Shown: positions 29,801 through 36,973 of the stretch, one piece after another
Position numbering within the stretch: the stretch's first letter is position 1
Layout: every line of letters starts with the position of its first letter
Origin: a virus
Virus record (IMG/VR): IMGVR_UViG_3300045988_175028
Length of the DNA: 64,000 bases
Reading direction: 5' to 3' (one strand)
The notes under the pieces: model-generated
What the model was told of the DNA's origin: nothing
Database searches by the model: none
Seen by the model: only the letters and a program-made list of their open reading frames with translations
Made by a program: the position numbers and the translations under genes

Positions 29801-30460
29801 ACCAGTGAAAATGGAGAGAGTAGCGCGCTCAATATTTATAATACTTCCAAAGGAATTATTTTCAAAGAAGAAAAAGATTATAGACCAACTACTGATACCA
29901 AAATAGATACAACTAAAAAATATTATAAAAAGAATTCAAATGAAACTTACTCTATAGTTGAAATTCCAGAAGAGACTAAAATTTCAAGCTATTATGAATT
30001 TATAGAAAAGACCCTTTACCAGATAAGCAAAACTGGATTTGTCACCCCTCAAAAAGAGTTTATTACAATATTTGATAACGCTATTGACTTTTCAGGAGAC
30101 ACTTTTAGAGTAGACACGAAGAAAGGAGAAAAAGAAATAGATAGAATTTTGGTATCTAAAGATGGGATTTCATGTTTTACAGTATTAGATAGTGAGTTTT
30201 CTTCTCAAAAGAGTTATGTTTCTTTTTCTAAAGATAAAGTTTCACTCAAGACAATCACCAGTGGTGAGAAACCGGACATTATCACTGGAGAACTTTCAGT
30301 AGAAGATAGCAAAATTACTTCAAATGGAAACTTTTTTGCTCAACGGAATATCCTTTTTGGTAATTCTTTAGAGTATCGAAAGGTAACTGAAGGAAAAACC
30401 GAAGTAGGTTACGATTTATATATAAAAACATCCACAGAGACTTCGGTGCCTGGCCAATGA
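23855..30460 (+). CDS. tail-associated (Tal-like) baseplate hub / minor structural protein, 2201 aa
   Basis: Position after Dit. The N-terminal KYEISLWEDRLVP...NGTNKLTFKLYY pattern is typical of phage minor structural / tail endopeptidase-family N-termini. The C-terminal half has beta-rich G/T/S repeats such as GSFSGGTIGGFTI. Confidence 0.6.
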   Translation: MKKNKYEISLWEDRLVPQTGEGENIIPEHYEEEKVCIIGSDTMTSQARALEPKLVRNVNGTNKLTFKLYYTYTDNETGKRVQNPFTSLLVNERKVKCKWEDQWYDFVIKGIQEDSNGRTITYTCEDLYINELSKTGFNLEFDQKLNNNQGTAQELAKKVLDGTDWIVDTSNSDHILQTIEEPLYKAFLKKSITVKNEKDEDVTITLEKDPQTGTLIYVPIYLFYSVVQEKKSYIQFIYNTSYETESNSQLLKENNCYSVDMKAEGWKGFVGTYLNGDPVFSDDYRGKRLVRKQLQEFNSALNRNCYVYKDPNNNDNKVLGYSTVEYKDPTVVLNLISNSKEFTDTQGWQGALSWELYPLFFGEEKLNYSYTSTTYLRNTAKDPILVFNSGLQDSAGYLEDGLQPGQRYILRIRGYNGEPKADENGNLPIFNKNSEISFHIYDYFTALSSENSIPVHNTEDYCKKIGESQLEDYYFITSDVEKNTKKEYYIRNTETKKYDLKAFPEGAVFPGNEPLYEKGQILQIEFKVIRARPKKEITAGYFGTYTYTDSAGNFQTETSIARPGIFISLPANSWIQEVQFYQRVEGYNGSIIHLGDFDTQSIGITYYKYFLPNDSYKKEEDIAYLYCGTTQKTDLTEVYEDKSGDITHVLYEKIRSITTKNSNRFNILQNIAETFQCWVRFKIEHNEDTGKIIYEKGIPKKTVYFKEEVGEDLGYGFVYGIDLKTISRSIDSNQLTTKVVVAPNTSEHAENGICRIADADLNENGENYILDFGYYISQGLLNSGELNKYLYLPSGDKSGFYVELKNKNKEYNSIVEKLTPKKTELSKQSSLQTIYDQYVSNSVTEITTLQNNLCKLVGFDIFDDEAILEYLKTHSDNEEVKNIYSNLITQQHKRESFQASLKLIESSVNELTKVVNSYEKDLKAKVNEKKVLESAFYQKFSRFIQEGSWTSQDYIDPNLYYLDARSVAYTSSRPKISYNISVIRLNALDEYKGKKFNVGDISFIEDKEFFGYIKGEDAWKTPYHEKVLISESTSWFDSPEKDTFTIQNYKTQFEDLFQRITATTQSLQYSTGEYNRASSIVEGKGVINTETLQNSININNELVFKSQNEEIFQDSTGLTLTDKRDPSKRTKLTSGGLFISTDGGVTWKNAVRGEGVATQYLTSGSINTNNIAIYDGAHASFRWDKYGINAYDATRGIDEVTNQEVLKGIVTNNFVRFDQYGVYGIKGATDGPYNPQKETTVEGKKIVGEDKIWHDALFGMTWKGFFLKNKSADKNQQIEISTEKDICVSKIIDKKVIDKIRIGQITTKDNKVAYGLQLKDDTGTITMETDDSGRLWLRDKLRISNVKYEKTKDLSFVEGKTYYKKESDGTYSIVKPSEISIEDCYELKNSGVSIGVLETGEEKNQIFNSNNNFIVYDDGSVKATKGSFSGGTIGGFTIEDNRLFSNDVVLSSRGIEIKNNGTLSILDGNTEVFSANKIFYKKTTDITPQEEKTYYIYNKDTGVYTLWEKGESTEFPSDIEIYDAVRKTIFSGTLEGANGSFSGELKGATGIFSGELQSATGVFTGDITAQSGTIGGFTINTNNLTSVNESVVLDGTNGKITAEDIELGNGAQVRDKISFKGTDGTVAYLQNPALYEGVVLSAKDIKLRTSGVLEFGDIKIFGDQTNPTIKSSLWTIDKDKAVFNNVTAQGGTIENVVFKNSTIQGAGGIMFFKPSYSGTSVSSIDTKTVFIVEETGLKVGDHVIVNGQEGNVTAVEQETNITISGVKFKGNKTVTIIKLYNNSLVDGTINLTDNLLIGVNSLRAEQSQDGTVGKNEDCHLFRGGITVTLPTIVAKTIDTGETQTVVEYPNKPNLFIGDLYPITGKPGYGLYGDNVYLNGTLTTKVKSDKSPTYAGVNTIDGYNVNENLFKDKDASQKIVFWAGSIGEDKPSVQQAPFQVTDKGNLYAKAGTFTDSVFSNSKIEGSKIYGADIYTANIHGWTGTSENGESSALNIYNTSKGIIFKEEKDYRPTTDTKIDTTKKYYKKNSNETYSIVEIPEETKISSYYEFIEKTLYQISKTGFVTPQKEFITIFDNAIDFSGDTFRVDTKKGEKEIDRILVSKDGISCFTVLDSEFSSQKSYVSFSKDKVSLKTITSGEKPDIITGELSVEDSKITSNGNFFAQRNILFGNSLEYRKVTEGKTEVGYDLYIKTSTETSVPGQ

Positions 30461-30505
30461 AAACTAGAAACTTTGGCTTTTGCTTAAGCGTAAAAGGAGG
30501 AAATT

Positions 30506-33500
30506 ATGGCAACAATAAATTATACTTATACTGATGATAGACCTAATATAGTTTATCAAATAACTTGTAATTGTACGAGAAGTTCTAATAGTCAAATTAC
30601 ATATAGTGGAACCGTAACTTGGAATCTGCGATATTCAGATTCTCATATTGGAACTGGATATGTGCTAGAATGCAGAGCAACTTCAAGCACTGGTGGAGAT
30701 AGTGGATGGATAGCTTTTACTGAATGGGGAAGTTCTTATAGTGGAACTACAAAAAGGTCATTTAGTTATTCTTTTACTGCTACAAGTAGTTCTGCTGGTG
30801 CCTTTGACCGTGTTACTTTTTCTTTTCGTAATAATTCTAATTATGATAGTGGGTATAATTCTTTCTCAACCTATACCGATTTCTCAACACCAGCTTTATT
30901 ATGGACTAATTGTACTGCTCCTTCAAGAGTTTGGTCTCCCGATGCCCTTATTATAAAACCCGGAACTTTATTAGTAAACTGGTCGGGTGCGACTAATGGA
31001 ACTGATAATGCTATTAAAAATTATACTGTATATTGGCTAGTATCTCCTACAAATGGGGAACTTCCAACCATAAGTCGGTATAGTGGGAAAGAAACTACGC
31101 CAGACTCTTTTTACAATATTACTATTCCAGAAAGCTATCGAGGTCAATACATTTCTGTAAGAATCCAATCCAATGCAACTTATAATAACCCTATAAGTAG
31201 TGACTATATTCGTCGTTCTGTGAATAGCTTACCCAATAGTCCCTTAATTCCTACCACTTCAAAAACAATATCTTCAACTCAGACTTCGGTTGCTATAACA
31301 GACATTTCACCTGGTAATCTAAACTTTGGAAGTAAATCTGGCTCAGTTTACTGGGCCAGAACTTCCGACGGACCAGAAAACCCAGTCAATGGAGGAGAAA
31401 TTACAGATAACACATTAGGAGACTTACATCAAGGAGATAGCAAAAATTATTACTTTTGGACTTATGATGGATTGGAATACAGCTCTTCTCCAACAAAGGT
31501 TACAATAACCAAAAATATAAAGCCCGCTATTGATGTGGCTATAACTAGTTCCACTAATTCTATTGTTAGACTTGAGAGTTCTGAAATTTCTAATGTACTT
31601 GAAACAATAAGTTTTACTGTAACCGCACAGAATAAGGCGTGTTATTACACACTAAAAATTTTGAGAGGAACGGATGCGAATGAAGAGACTTTGTATACTT
31701 TGAAATCAGATATTTATTTATCTGGTTCCGAGGTTTCTGACTCTATAAGTTTTGACATTCGGTCATTAGGATTATCAACAGGGGATTTTTATTTTCATTT
31801 TGCTTGTAATGATTATATAGAAAGCGGAGATAGTATAATAAAGGATAATGATAAAGAAAATTATTATTCTCCTGCTCTCCCGACCTTTTCTGATAATACT
31901 ACTTATAATCAATTTTCAGAAGAAAATGTCTTTAAAGCTAACCCGATTGATTTTTATCAAAATCTTCGTTTTATATCATCCTATTACGACAGTTATCTAT
32001 ATCAAAATGGAATCTTTAAACTTAATACTGGTAGTAATGAAACTATTTCTTATACAGTTAGTAAAAGTTTAAACCAAAAAGAAACAAAAATCTTCTATGA
32101 TGTAACTATAATTTCAGATTTAGTACCTGGTCAGAGTTATGACTTTTTCCCCACTTTACAGTTAGCTGGTCTGACAAGTTCCGCCTTGGTGTCTCGACGC
32201 CGGACTCCTGTATTAGACCCAACCCCTTCCTCTGGAAGCACTTTGTATATCAAACCTTTTACAGATGGATGGGATAAAATAAATAATAAGCCATCTCTTT
32301 CTTCTAAAAAAATTAGTATATCCAAGGGAACTTTCACCAATAATGAACTTACTAAGTTTTATAGCTATTATAATATTGATGAAAATAATAAAGAATGGTG
32401 GAAATCAGTAATTATAACTCCTGATGGCAAAGAGGTTGACGTTACGGATTTAGTAAAAGGAGGCGCGTTAAGTGGGGATTATTATGAAAGAAATTTTGAA
32501 ATAACTGGAAGCGAAGACCCAGATACCTCTGAGCCTAAATCAGGTTTTTTTGATATACTTCCTAATGGTTTTTCTAAAACGGGGGTTCTAACTTGTGTTT
32601 TGAAAAACACTATCACAAATAGATTTGGACAAACTATTTCTAAGCAATCTTCAATCGTAACCTTAGATTTCAATGAAAATCCCGAAGTTATAAGTTTAAT
32701 TCGAGAGGGAAATAATGATATTTATTTATACGAAGAATATAGATTACGATTGACTTATACTATAAAGACTTTTTCTTATAATAAGCTTATTAGATATTCT
32801 TGTTTAATAAATCGTAAAGATGGGAAAGGATTCGTTTCTTATGGTAATGAAGGAGATATAGAAGACAATAGCCCTTCTCCAAAATTTGGTATAGGTAGAA
32901 TTTTTACTAACACTATTGAAGTTACGATTAGTGAGATTCAACAATCTGGGGAATGCTACTTCAATATGATTTTTTATGATGGAGATTCAACGATATATAG
33001 CACTAAAAAGGCTATATCATGTCAAAGAATAAAATTTGCTCCTCCCACCATTTCATTTGATAAAGCTACTTATATAAGTGAGGGAAATACTCTTCCAGGG
33101 AAAGTAAATTGTCAATATAGTATTATTGATTGGGGATATGATAGTAGTCAAGAAAAACTTTTTAGTTCCAAAAGCTTTATATTAAAACTAAATCTTTCTA
33201 AGTATGAGGAAACTGAAAATACTGCCAACACAATTTTTCCACTTACCAAAAGAATTATTGATTTCGAAATTGGTAGATTGACCTTAACTACAACAATAAC
33301 CTATAATGGTCAATCTATTGAAAAACATTCTACCTCAAATGACCTCATAATCTACGGCATCAATCCGACTATTGCTTATCGCCAAAATTACTTAGGAATA
33401 AACACTTCTACTCTTCAAGATGATTCGATAATAACAATAGCTCCAACCTCAGGAAGGAATATTATCTATCTTCAAAAAGTAGGTTCTGCCGATACTTTTA

Positions 33501-33571
33501 AAATAAACTTAGCAACCGGTGCTTTAGAAGGTTTTAATATTGATTGTGGTGAAATCACGAATAAAACTTGA
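30506..33571 (+). CDS. tail fibre / receptor-binding protein candidate (1021 aa)
   Basis: Large S/T/N-rich beta-type protein after Tal, with an FN3-like segment (NYTVYWLVSPTNGELP...). Assignment is by position. Confidence 0.4.
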   Translation: MATINYTYTDDRPNIVYQITCNCTRSSNSQITYSGTVTWNLRYSDSHIGTGYVLECRATSSTGGDSGWIAFTEWGSSYSGTTKRSFSYSFTATSSSAGAFDRVTFSFRNNSNYDSGYNSFSTYTDFSTPALLWTNCTAPSRVWSPDALIIKPGTLLVNWSGATNGTDNAIKNYTVYWLVSPTNGELPTISRYSGKETTPDSFYNITIPESYRGQYISVRIQSNATYNNPISSDYIRRSVNSLPNSPLIPTTSKTISSTQTSVAITDISPGNLNFGSKSGSVYWARTSDGPENPVNGGEITDNTLGDLHQGDSKNYYFWTYDGLEYSSSPTKVTITKNIKPAIDVAITSSTNSIVRLESSEISNVLETISFTVTAQNKACYYTLKILRGTDANEETLYTLKSDIYLSGSEVSDSISFDIRSLGLSTGDFYFHFACNDYIESGDSIIKDNDKENYYSPALPTFSDNTTYNQFSEENVFKANPIDFYQNLRFISSYYDSYLYQNGIFKLNTGSNETISYTVSKSLNQKETKIFYDVTIISDLVPGQSYDFFPTLQLAGLTSSALVSRRRTPVLDPTPSSGSTLYIKPFTDGWDKINNKPSLSSKKISISKGTFTNNELTKFYSYYNIDENNKEWWKSVIITPDGKEVDVTDLVKGGALSGDYYERNFEITGSEDPDTSEPKSGFFDILPNGFSKTGVLTCVLKNTITNRFGQTISKQSSIVTLDFNENPEVISLIREGNNDIYLYEEYRLRLTYTIKTFSYNKLIRYSCLINRKDGKGFVSYGNEGDIEDNSPSPKFGIGRIFTNTIEVTISEIQQSGECYFNMIFYDGDSTIYSTKKAISCQRIKFAPPTISFDKATYISEGNTLPGKVNCQYSIIDWGYDSSQEKLFSSKSFILKLNLSKYEETENTANTIFPLTKRIIDFEIGRLTLTTTITYNGQSIEKHSTSNDLIIYGINPTIAYRQNYLGINTSTLQDDSIITIAPTSGRNIIYLQKVGSADTFKINLATGALEGFNIDCGEITNKT

Positions 33572-33598
33572 CTTCTTTCTAATTTTATTATATAATAA
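33570..33598 (+). promoter_or_regulatory. consensus sigma-A promoter: TTGACT (33570-33575), 17-nt spacer, TATAAT (33593-33598)
   Basis: Read directly from the sequence. The -35 overlaps the stop codon of the fibre gene. It lies 20 nt upstream of the RBS/ATG of the 33619 gene. Confidence 0.65.
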
Positions 33599-33618
33599 AA
33601 TCAAAAGGAGGCAGATTT

Positions 33619-34002
33619 ATGAAAATTACAATTTCCCAACTAATTTCAACTCTAAATATTGAAAAAGAGCTTTTGCCCCAAAAGCTTCCAATTCGTACTG
33701 CTTATAATCTTTCAAAAATCTTCGCACGAGCGCGCGAGGAGCTAGAATTTTATCAAGAGAGATTTAAAGAAATCGTAACCCAATACGGCGAAAAGGATGA
33801 AAATGGAAATCTTATCTTTTTAGAAAATGAAAATGTTTCTATTCCAAAGGATAAGATAGAAAAATGTCAAAAAGAAATTACTGACCTTCAAAACCTAGAA
33901 TTAGAAATTCCAGACTATTCCATTTCTCTAGACAGCTTAGAAGCTATAAAGATTTCTCTTGATGAAATTTCTGTATTACTACCATTTATTTGTGAAAAAT
34001 AA
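33619..34002 (+). CDS. hypothetical protein (127 aa), moron-like single-gene unit
   Basis: Has its own promoter upstream and its own terminator downstream. Acidic helical protein with no motif recognised. Confidence 0.55.
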   Translation: MKITISQLISTLNIEKELLPQKLPIRTAYNLSKIFARAREELEFYQERFKEIVTQYGEKDENGNLIFLENENVSIPKDKIEKCQKEITDLQNLELEIPDYSISLDSLEAIKISLDEISVLLPFICEK

Positions 34003-34014
34003 ATAAAAAGTTAC

Positions 34015-34067
34015 GCCTGCTTTTGATTGGTTATTAGAACTTATTAAAAGCAGGCTCTTTTTATTTT
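34015..34067 (+). terminator. rho-independent terminator (large loop)
   Basis: GCCTGCTTTT (34015-34024) pairing with AAAAGCAGGC (34046-34055), followed by TCTTTTTATTTT. Confidence 0.55.
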
Positions 34068-34120
34068 GGAATAAGAATTTTTTAATCACTTATAAATAGA
34101 GAAGAAAAAGGAGGGATAAA

Positions 34121-34462
34121 ATGGCAGGATATAATCCATATGCTACAAATTCATATCAAGGAACCCAGATGTTTCCACAACCTCAAGGAAATGTTTATAC
34201 TCTAAATAATTCAATGGAAATTGCCAACATACCAGTTAGTGGCGGTATTTCAGTTGGTATCTGTCCAAGTGAAAATCTTATGTATATAAAAGCTATGGTC
34301 AATGGCGCTCCATCTTTAATGGTATATACAATTACTCCTTGTGAGACAAAACAAAATTTACAAAATGATGAAGTTTCTTCAAGATTAGAAAGACTTGAAA
34401 ATCAAATTGAAGAAATCAAAAAACTATTAGGTGGAGGAGGCAAATTAAAAAATGAACTCTAA
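34121..34462 (+). CDS. hypothetical protein (113 aa)
   Basis: AAGGAGGG RBS. Q/N/P-rich N-terminus and a short coiled-coil C-terminus. Confidence 0.5.
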   Translation: MAGYNPYATNSYQGTQMFPQPQGNVYTLNNSMEIANIPVSGGISVGICPSENLMYIKAMVNGAPSLMVYTITPCETKQNLQNDEVSSRLERLENQIEEIKKLLGGGGKLKNEL

Positions 34463-34670
34463 TATGTTATCAGCTTTGATGAATATGGGCCACAACCAAT
34501 CCCAAACTCAAACTCAAATAACTCCTCCAATTGACCCCGAAAAGATGAAACAAATGATACCAAATTTGACAAAAGAAAACCTTGTCCAATTAGTTCAACG
34601 GGCTCGTTTGCAAGGAATACCCGAAGACCAAATCGAACAAGGTCTCAACTTTATATTAAGTTTAAAATAA
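34452..34670 (+). CDS. hypothetical protein (72 aa)
   Basis: Overlaps the upstream gene by 11 nt. No motif recognised. Confidence 0.45.
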   Translation: MNSNMLSALMNMGHNQSQTQTQITPPIDPEKMKQMIPNLTKENLVQLVQRARLQGIPEDQIEQGLNFILSLK

Positions 34671-34719
34671 CTTTTGCGTCCGGGGCATAAGTTATAATAA
34701 ATAAATGGAGGAATAAAAA

Positions 34720-35418
34720 ATGATGAATGAAGGACTATCCGCAGGTGATATCCTCGCTCTAACTCGCGACCAAGATGGAATGGGTAATGCATGGAATAAC
34801 CCTTTTATCTATCTCGTCTGGTTGGCTCTTCTTGGTGGTAATGGAGGTATTTTTGGCAATCGGGATAACGGAGCTCTTCAGAGTTCTCTAACCCGTTCTG
34901 ACCTTTTCGAAGGCTTCAACAACCAGGATGTAAATAGTCAGTTACGTGGTATCACTAATGGCGTATGTGATGGCTTTTATGCTATCAATAGTGGACTAAA
35001 GGATGGTTTCTATGGTAATCAAGGTGCTATGAAAGATGGCTTCTATGGTATCCAGAGCGCGCTAGCTGAGAACCGTTTTGCACAGCAAAATTGCTGCTGT
35101 GAAATTAAGGGTGGCATTAAAGATCTTTCTGCCGAAGGTTATCGTAATACCTGCGAAATCACAACCGCCATCCATGCCGAAGGCGAAGCTACTCGTGCTT
35201 TGATTAATTCCAACACTATGCAGGAATTACGCGATAAGTTAGCTGACCGTGACCGTGAACTACAAACTGCCAATTTCCAGCTATCTCAGCAAACTCAGAC
35301 TGCTGCTCTAGTCGGAACCCTACGTCCATTCCCTCAGCCCGCATATATTACTTGTTCCCCTTATCAGTCCGCCAACGGAACTTGTGGTTCAAGCTATAAT
35401 TGCGGATGCGGTATCTAA
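34720..35418 (+). CDS. hypothetical membrane-anchored, cysteine-rich protein with KDGFYG repeats
   Basis: One hydrophobic segment (NPFIYLVWLALLGGNGGIFG). Three repeats: CDGFYAINSGL, KDGFYGNQGAM, KDGFYGIQSAL. A CCC motif, a coiled-coil stretch and a Cys-rich C-terminus (TCGSSYNCGCGI). Confidence 0.5.
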   Translation: MMNEGLSAGDILALTRDQDGMGNAWNNPFIYLVWLALLGGNGGIFGNRDNGALQSSLTRSDLFEGFNNQDVNSQLRGITNGVCDGFYAINSGLKDGFYGNQGAMKDGFYGIQSALAENRFAQQNCCCEIKGGIKDLSAEGYRNTCEITTAIHAEGEATRALINSNTMQELRDKLADRDRELQTANFQLSQQTQTAALVGTLRPFPQPAYITCSPYQSANGTCGSSYNCGCGI

Positions 35419-35463
35419 TTTTCTTTTACCGTGAATACATATCCGTATCGGAGGTAAATAAAA

Positions 35464-35880
35464 ATGATTGATAGCTATTCAAATACTTCTCAAGAGGTTG
35501 TGGCTGGAGGCAATATTTCCTTTGCCATAAACAGTATTCAGACTGGGTGTACTGCAACTCATAGCGCTGGCAGTACTACTTTCTCACTAAACAAGCCTGG
35601 TTTCTACTTCATAACATTTAATGGGACAGGTGCTATTACTGGAGCGACTGCAGGTACGATAATTGTCTCTATGTTGAATAATGGAACTCTCGTTCCTGGG
35701 GCAACTGCTAGTGTTTCTTCTGCTTCAACAACCGATGTGCGTAGCTTAGCATTCTCCAAACTCATCCAAGTAAAACCTTCTTGTTGTGCTGTAAATAATA
35801 CCACTAATCTAACCTTCAATAATGCTGGCTTGGCTGCAACTTTTACTAATGTAAATGTTGTAATAACTAAAGTAGCATAA
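35464..35880 (+). CDS. small BclA-C-terminal-domain-like / C1q-TNF-like jelly-roll protein (candidate)
   Basis: 138 aa, rich in A/T/G/N/S. The pattern ...GGNISFA...PGFYFITFNGTG...LNNGTLVPGATAS...NVNVVITKVA resembles exosporium BclA C-terminal domain proteins. Called from memory of the family only. Confidence 0.4.
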   Translation: MIDSYSNTSQEVVAGGNISFAINSIQTGCTATHSAGSTTFSLNKPGFYFITFNGTGAITGATAGTIIVSMLNNGTLVPGATASVSSASTTDVRSLAFSKLIQVKPSCCAVNNTTNLTFNNAGLAATFTNVNVVITKVA

Positions 35881-35892
35881 GGAGGCATAATT

Positions 35893-36198
35893 ATGGTAAA
35901 ATTCAAAGCATTATATAAGGGAATGAACGACGACCTAAAAGATGCAGAAATGATGATTGACTATGCTTATGAAATCAGTAAACATGAAGAGGACAAAGCT
36001 TTAGCAGATGAAATCGCAAAATACGCTCAATACCGACTAGAACATTTCATGAATTTCCATAAACTATTTGAAAATGAAGCTTCTAAAGAAAAGAATGTAG
36101 ACAAAGAAACCGTTTCAGAATGTATGTGGCATGAAACCCATGAAATGTTCCAGCACTGGTATGACGATATTGAACGAAAAATAAAGAAGTATTCCTAA
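35893..36198 (+). CDS. hypothetical protein (101 aa)
   Basis: GGAGG RBS. Helical and H/E/K-rich. Last gene of the + strand block. Confidence 0.5.
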   Translation: MVKFKALYKGMNDDLKDAEMMIDYAYEISKHEEDKALADEIAKYAQYRLEHFMNFHKLFENEASKEKNVDKETVSECMWHETHEMFQHWYDDIERKIKKYS

Positions 36199-36202
36199 CT
36201 AT

Positions 36203-36234
36203 AAGAGAGGAGGGCTTTATTGCTCTCCTCTCTT
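36203..36234. terminator. bidirectional rho-independent terminator at the convergence of late (+) and early (-) modules
   Basis: AAGAGAGGAG (36203-36212) pairing with CTCCTCTCTT (36225-36234), with T/A-rich tracts on both sides. It sits between the stop at 36198 (+) and the stop at 36235 (-). Confidence 0.65.
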
Positions 36235-36963
36235 TTATTCCCAATTTACGACTTCAACTTTTTTATAACAAGTTTCACTTATATATTTTCCAATTCCGAC
36301 AGCATCCGCTTCATCTTCAGTAAGACTTACGTCAAACCAATCTTTTGCCAGTTGGCGCATTGAACGCTTTTTATCAGATCTTGAACGTCCTTTCACTCCG
36401 CAGTGAGCGCGCCATGTATTTGTTGGTGCAATTTTGAAAGGAACTCCCAAATCAAAACAAGTCTCCATTAGAATTCCTTGAAGACGGGCTAGGGTCTCAA
36501 AAGTAGTCACACCCATTTTCTCTTGATATTGAATACCCTCGATTCCAACAAAATCTATACTAAAAGTTTTTATAATTGAAACTAACCATTCTTTTATGAT
36601 GTGGTCTCTAGCAATTTCTTCTAAATCAGTGGAAGCACTAAAAATACCATATTTGATGAGTTTTTTATCATCATAGATAGAAAAGCCCGAAACTTTTGTT
36701 GCCTGGTCCAATCCTAATATCCTAAAAGTATCTTTTTTTTTAGGGATGGCTTTTAAAGCTGAAGAAACCAGTGGATTTTCTTTACATAAAGGGCAGTCGC
36801 GCCGAGTACGAATTTTTTTCCAAGGAGCGAAAACATGGTGTCCTTCATTACAGGTATATTCGAGAATTTCGTCTAAATTATGGTACTCGGTAGAAACTAA
36901 ATTCCACCCATCTTTAGACAACTCTGTTTTTATATCTTCTATTTGAATTTTTGCCAATTTCAC
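36235..36963 (-). CDS. RuvC-like Holliday junction resolvase with an N-terminal zinc-finger-like extension
   Basis: ILGLDQATKVSGFSIY (first catalytic Asp), VGIEGIQ (Glu), EDEADAVGIG (Asp). The N-terminal extension carries CNEGHH...CPLC. Confidence 0.7.
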   Translation of the reverse strand: MKLAKIQIEDIKTELSKDGWNLVSTEYHNLDEILEYTCNEGHHVFAPWKKIRTRRDCPLCKENPLVSSALKAIPKKKDTFRILGLDQATKVSGFSIYDDKKLIKYGIFSASTDLEEIARDHIIKEWLVSIIKTFSIDFVGIEGIQYQEKMGVTTFETLARLQGILMETCFDLGVPFKIAPTNTWRAHCGVKGRSRSDKKRSMRQLAKDWFDVSLTEDEADAVGIGKYISETCYKKVEVVNWE

Positions 36964-36973
36964 CCACTTCCTA

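Noticed and set aside
25053-32340. Alternative-frame small ORFs inside the large tail genes (for example 25053-25265, 30741-30956, 31848-32072)
   Set aside because: They are embedded in long, well-supported ORFs. The products are hydrophobic low-complexity strings typical of off-frame translation of AT-rich DNA.
35604-35906. 100-aa antisense ORF opposite the BclA-like gene
   Set aside because: It is a by-product of the A/T/G-rich (GCN/ACN/GGN) sense codons. It has no RBS, and the sense ORF has a clear RBS and operon context.
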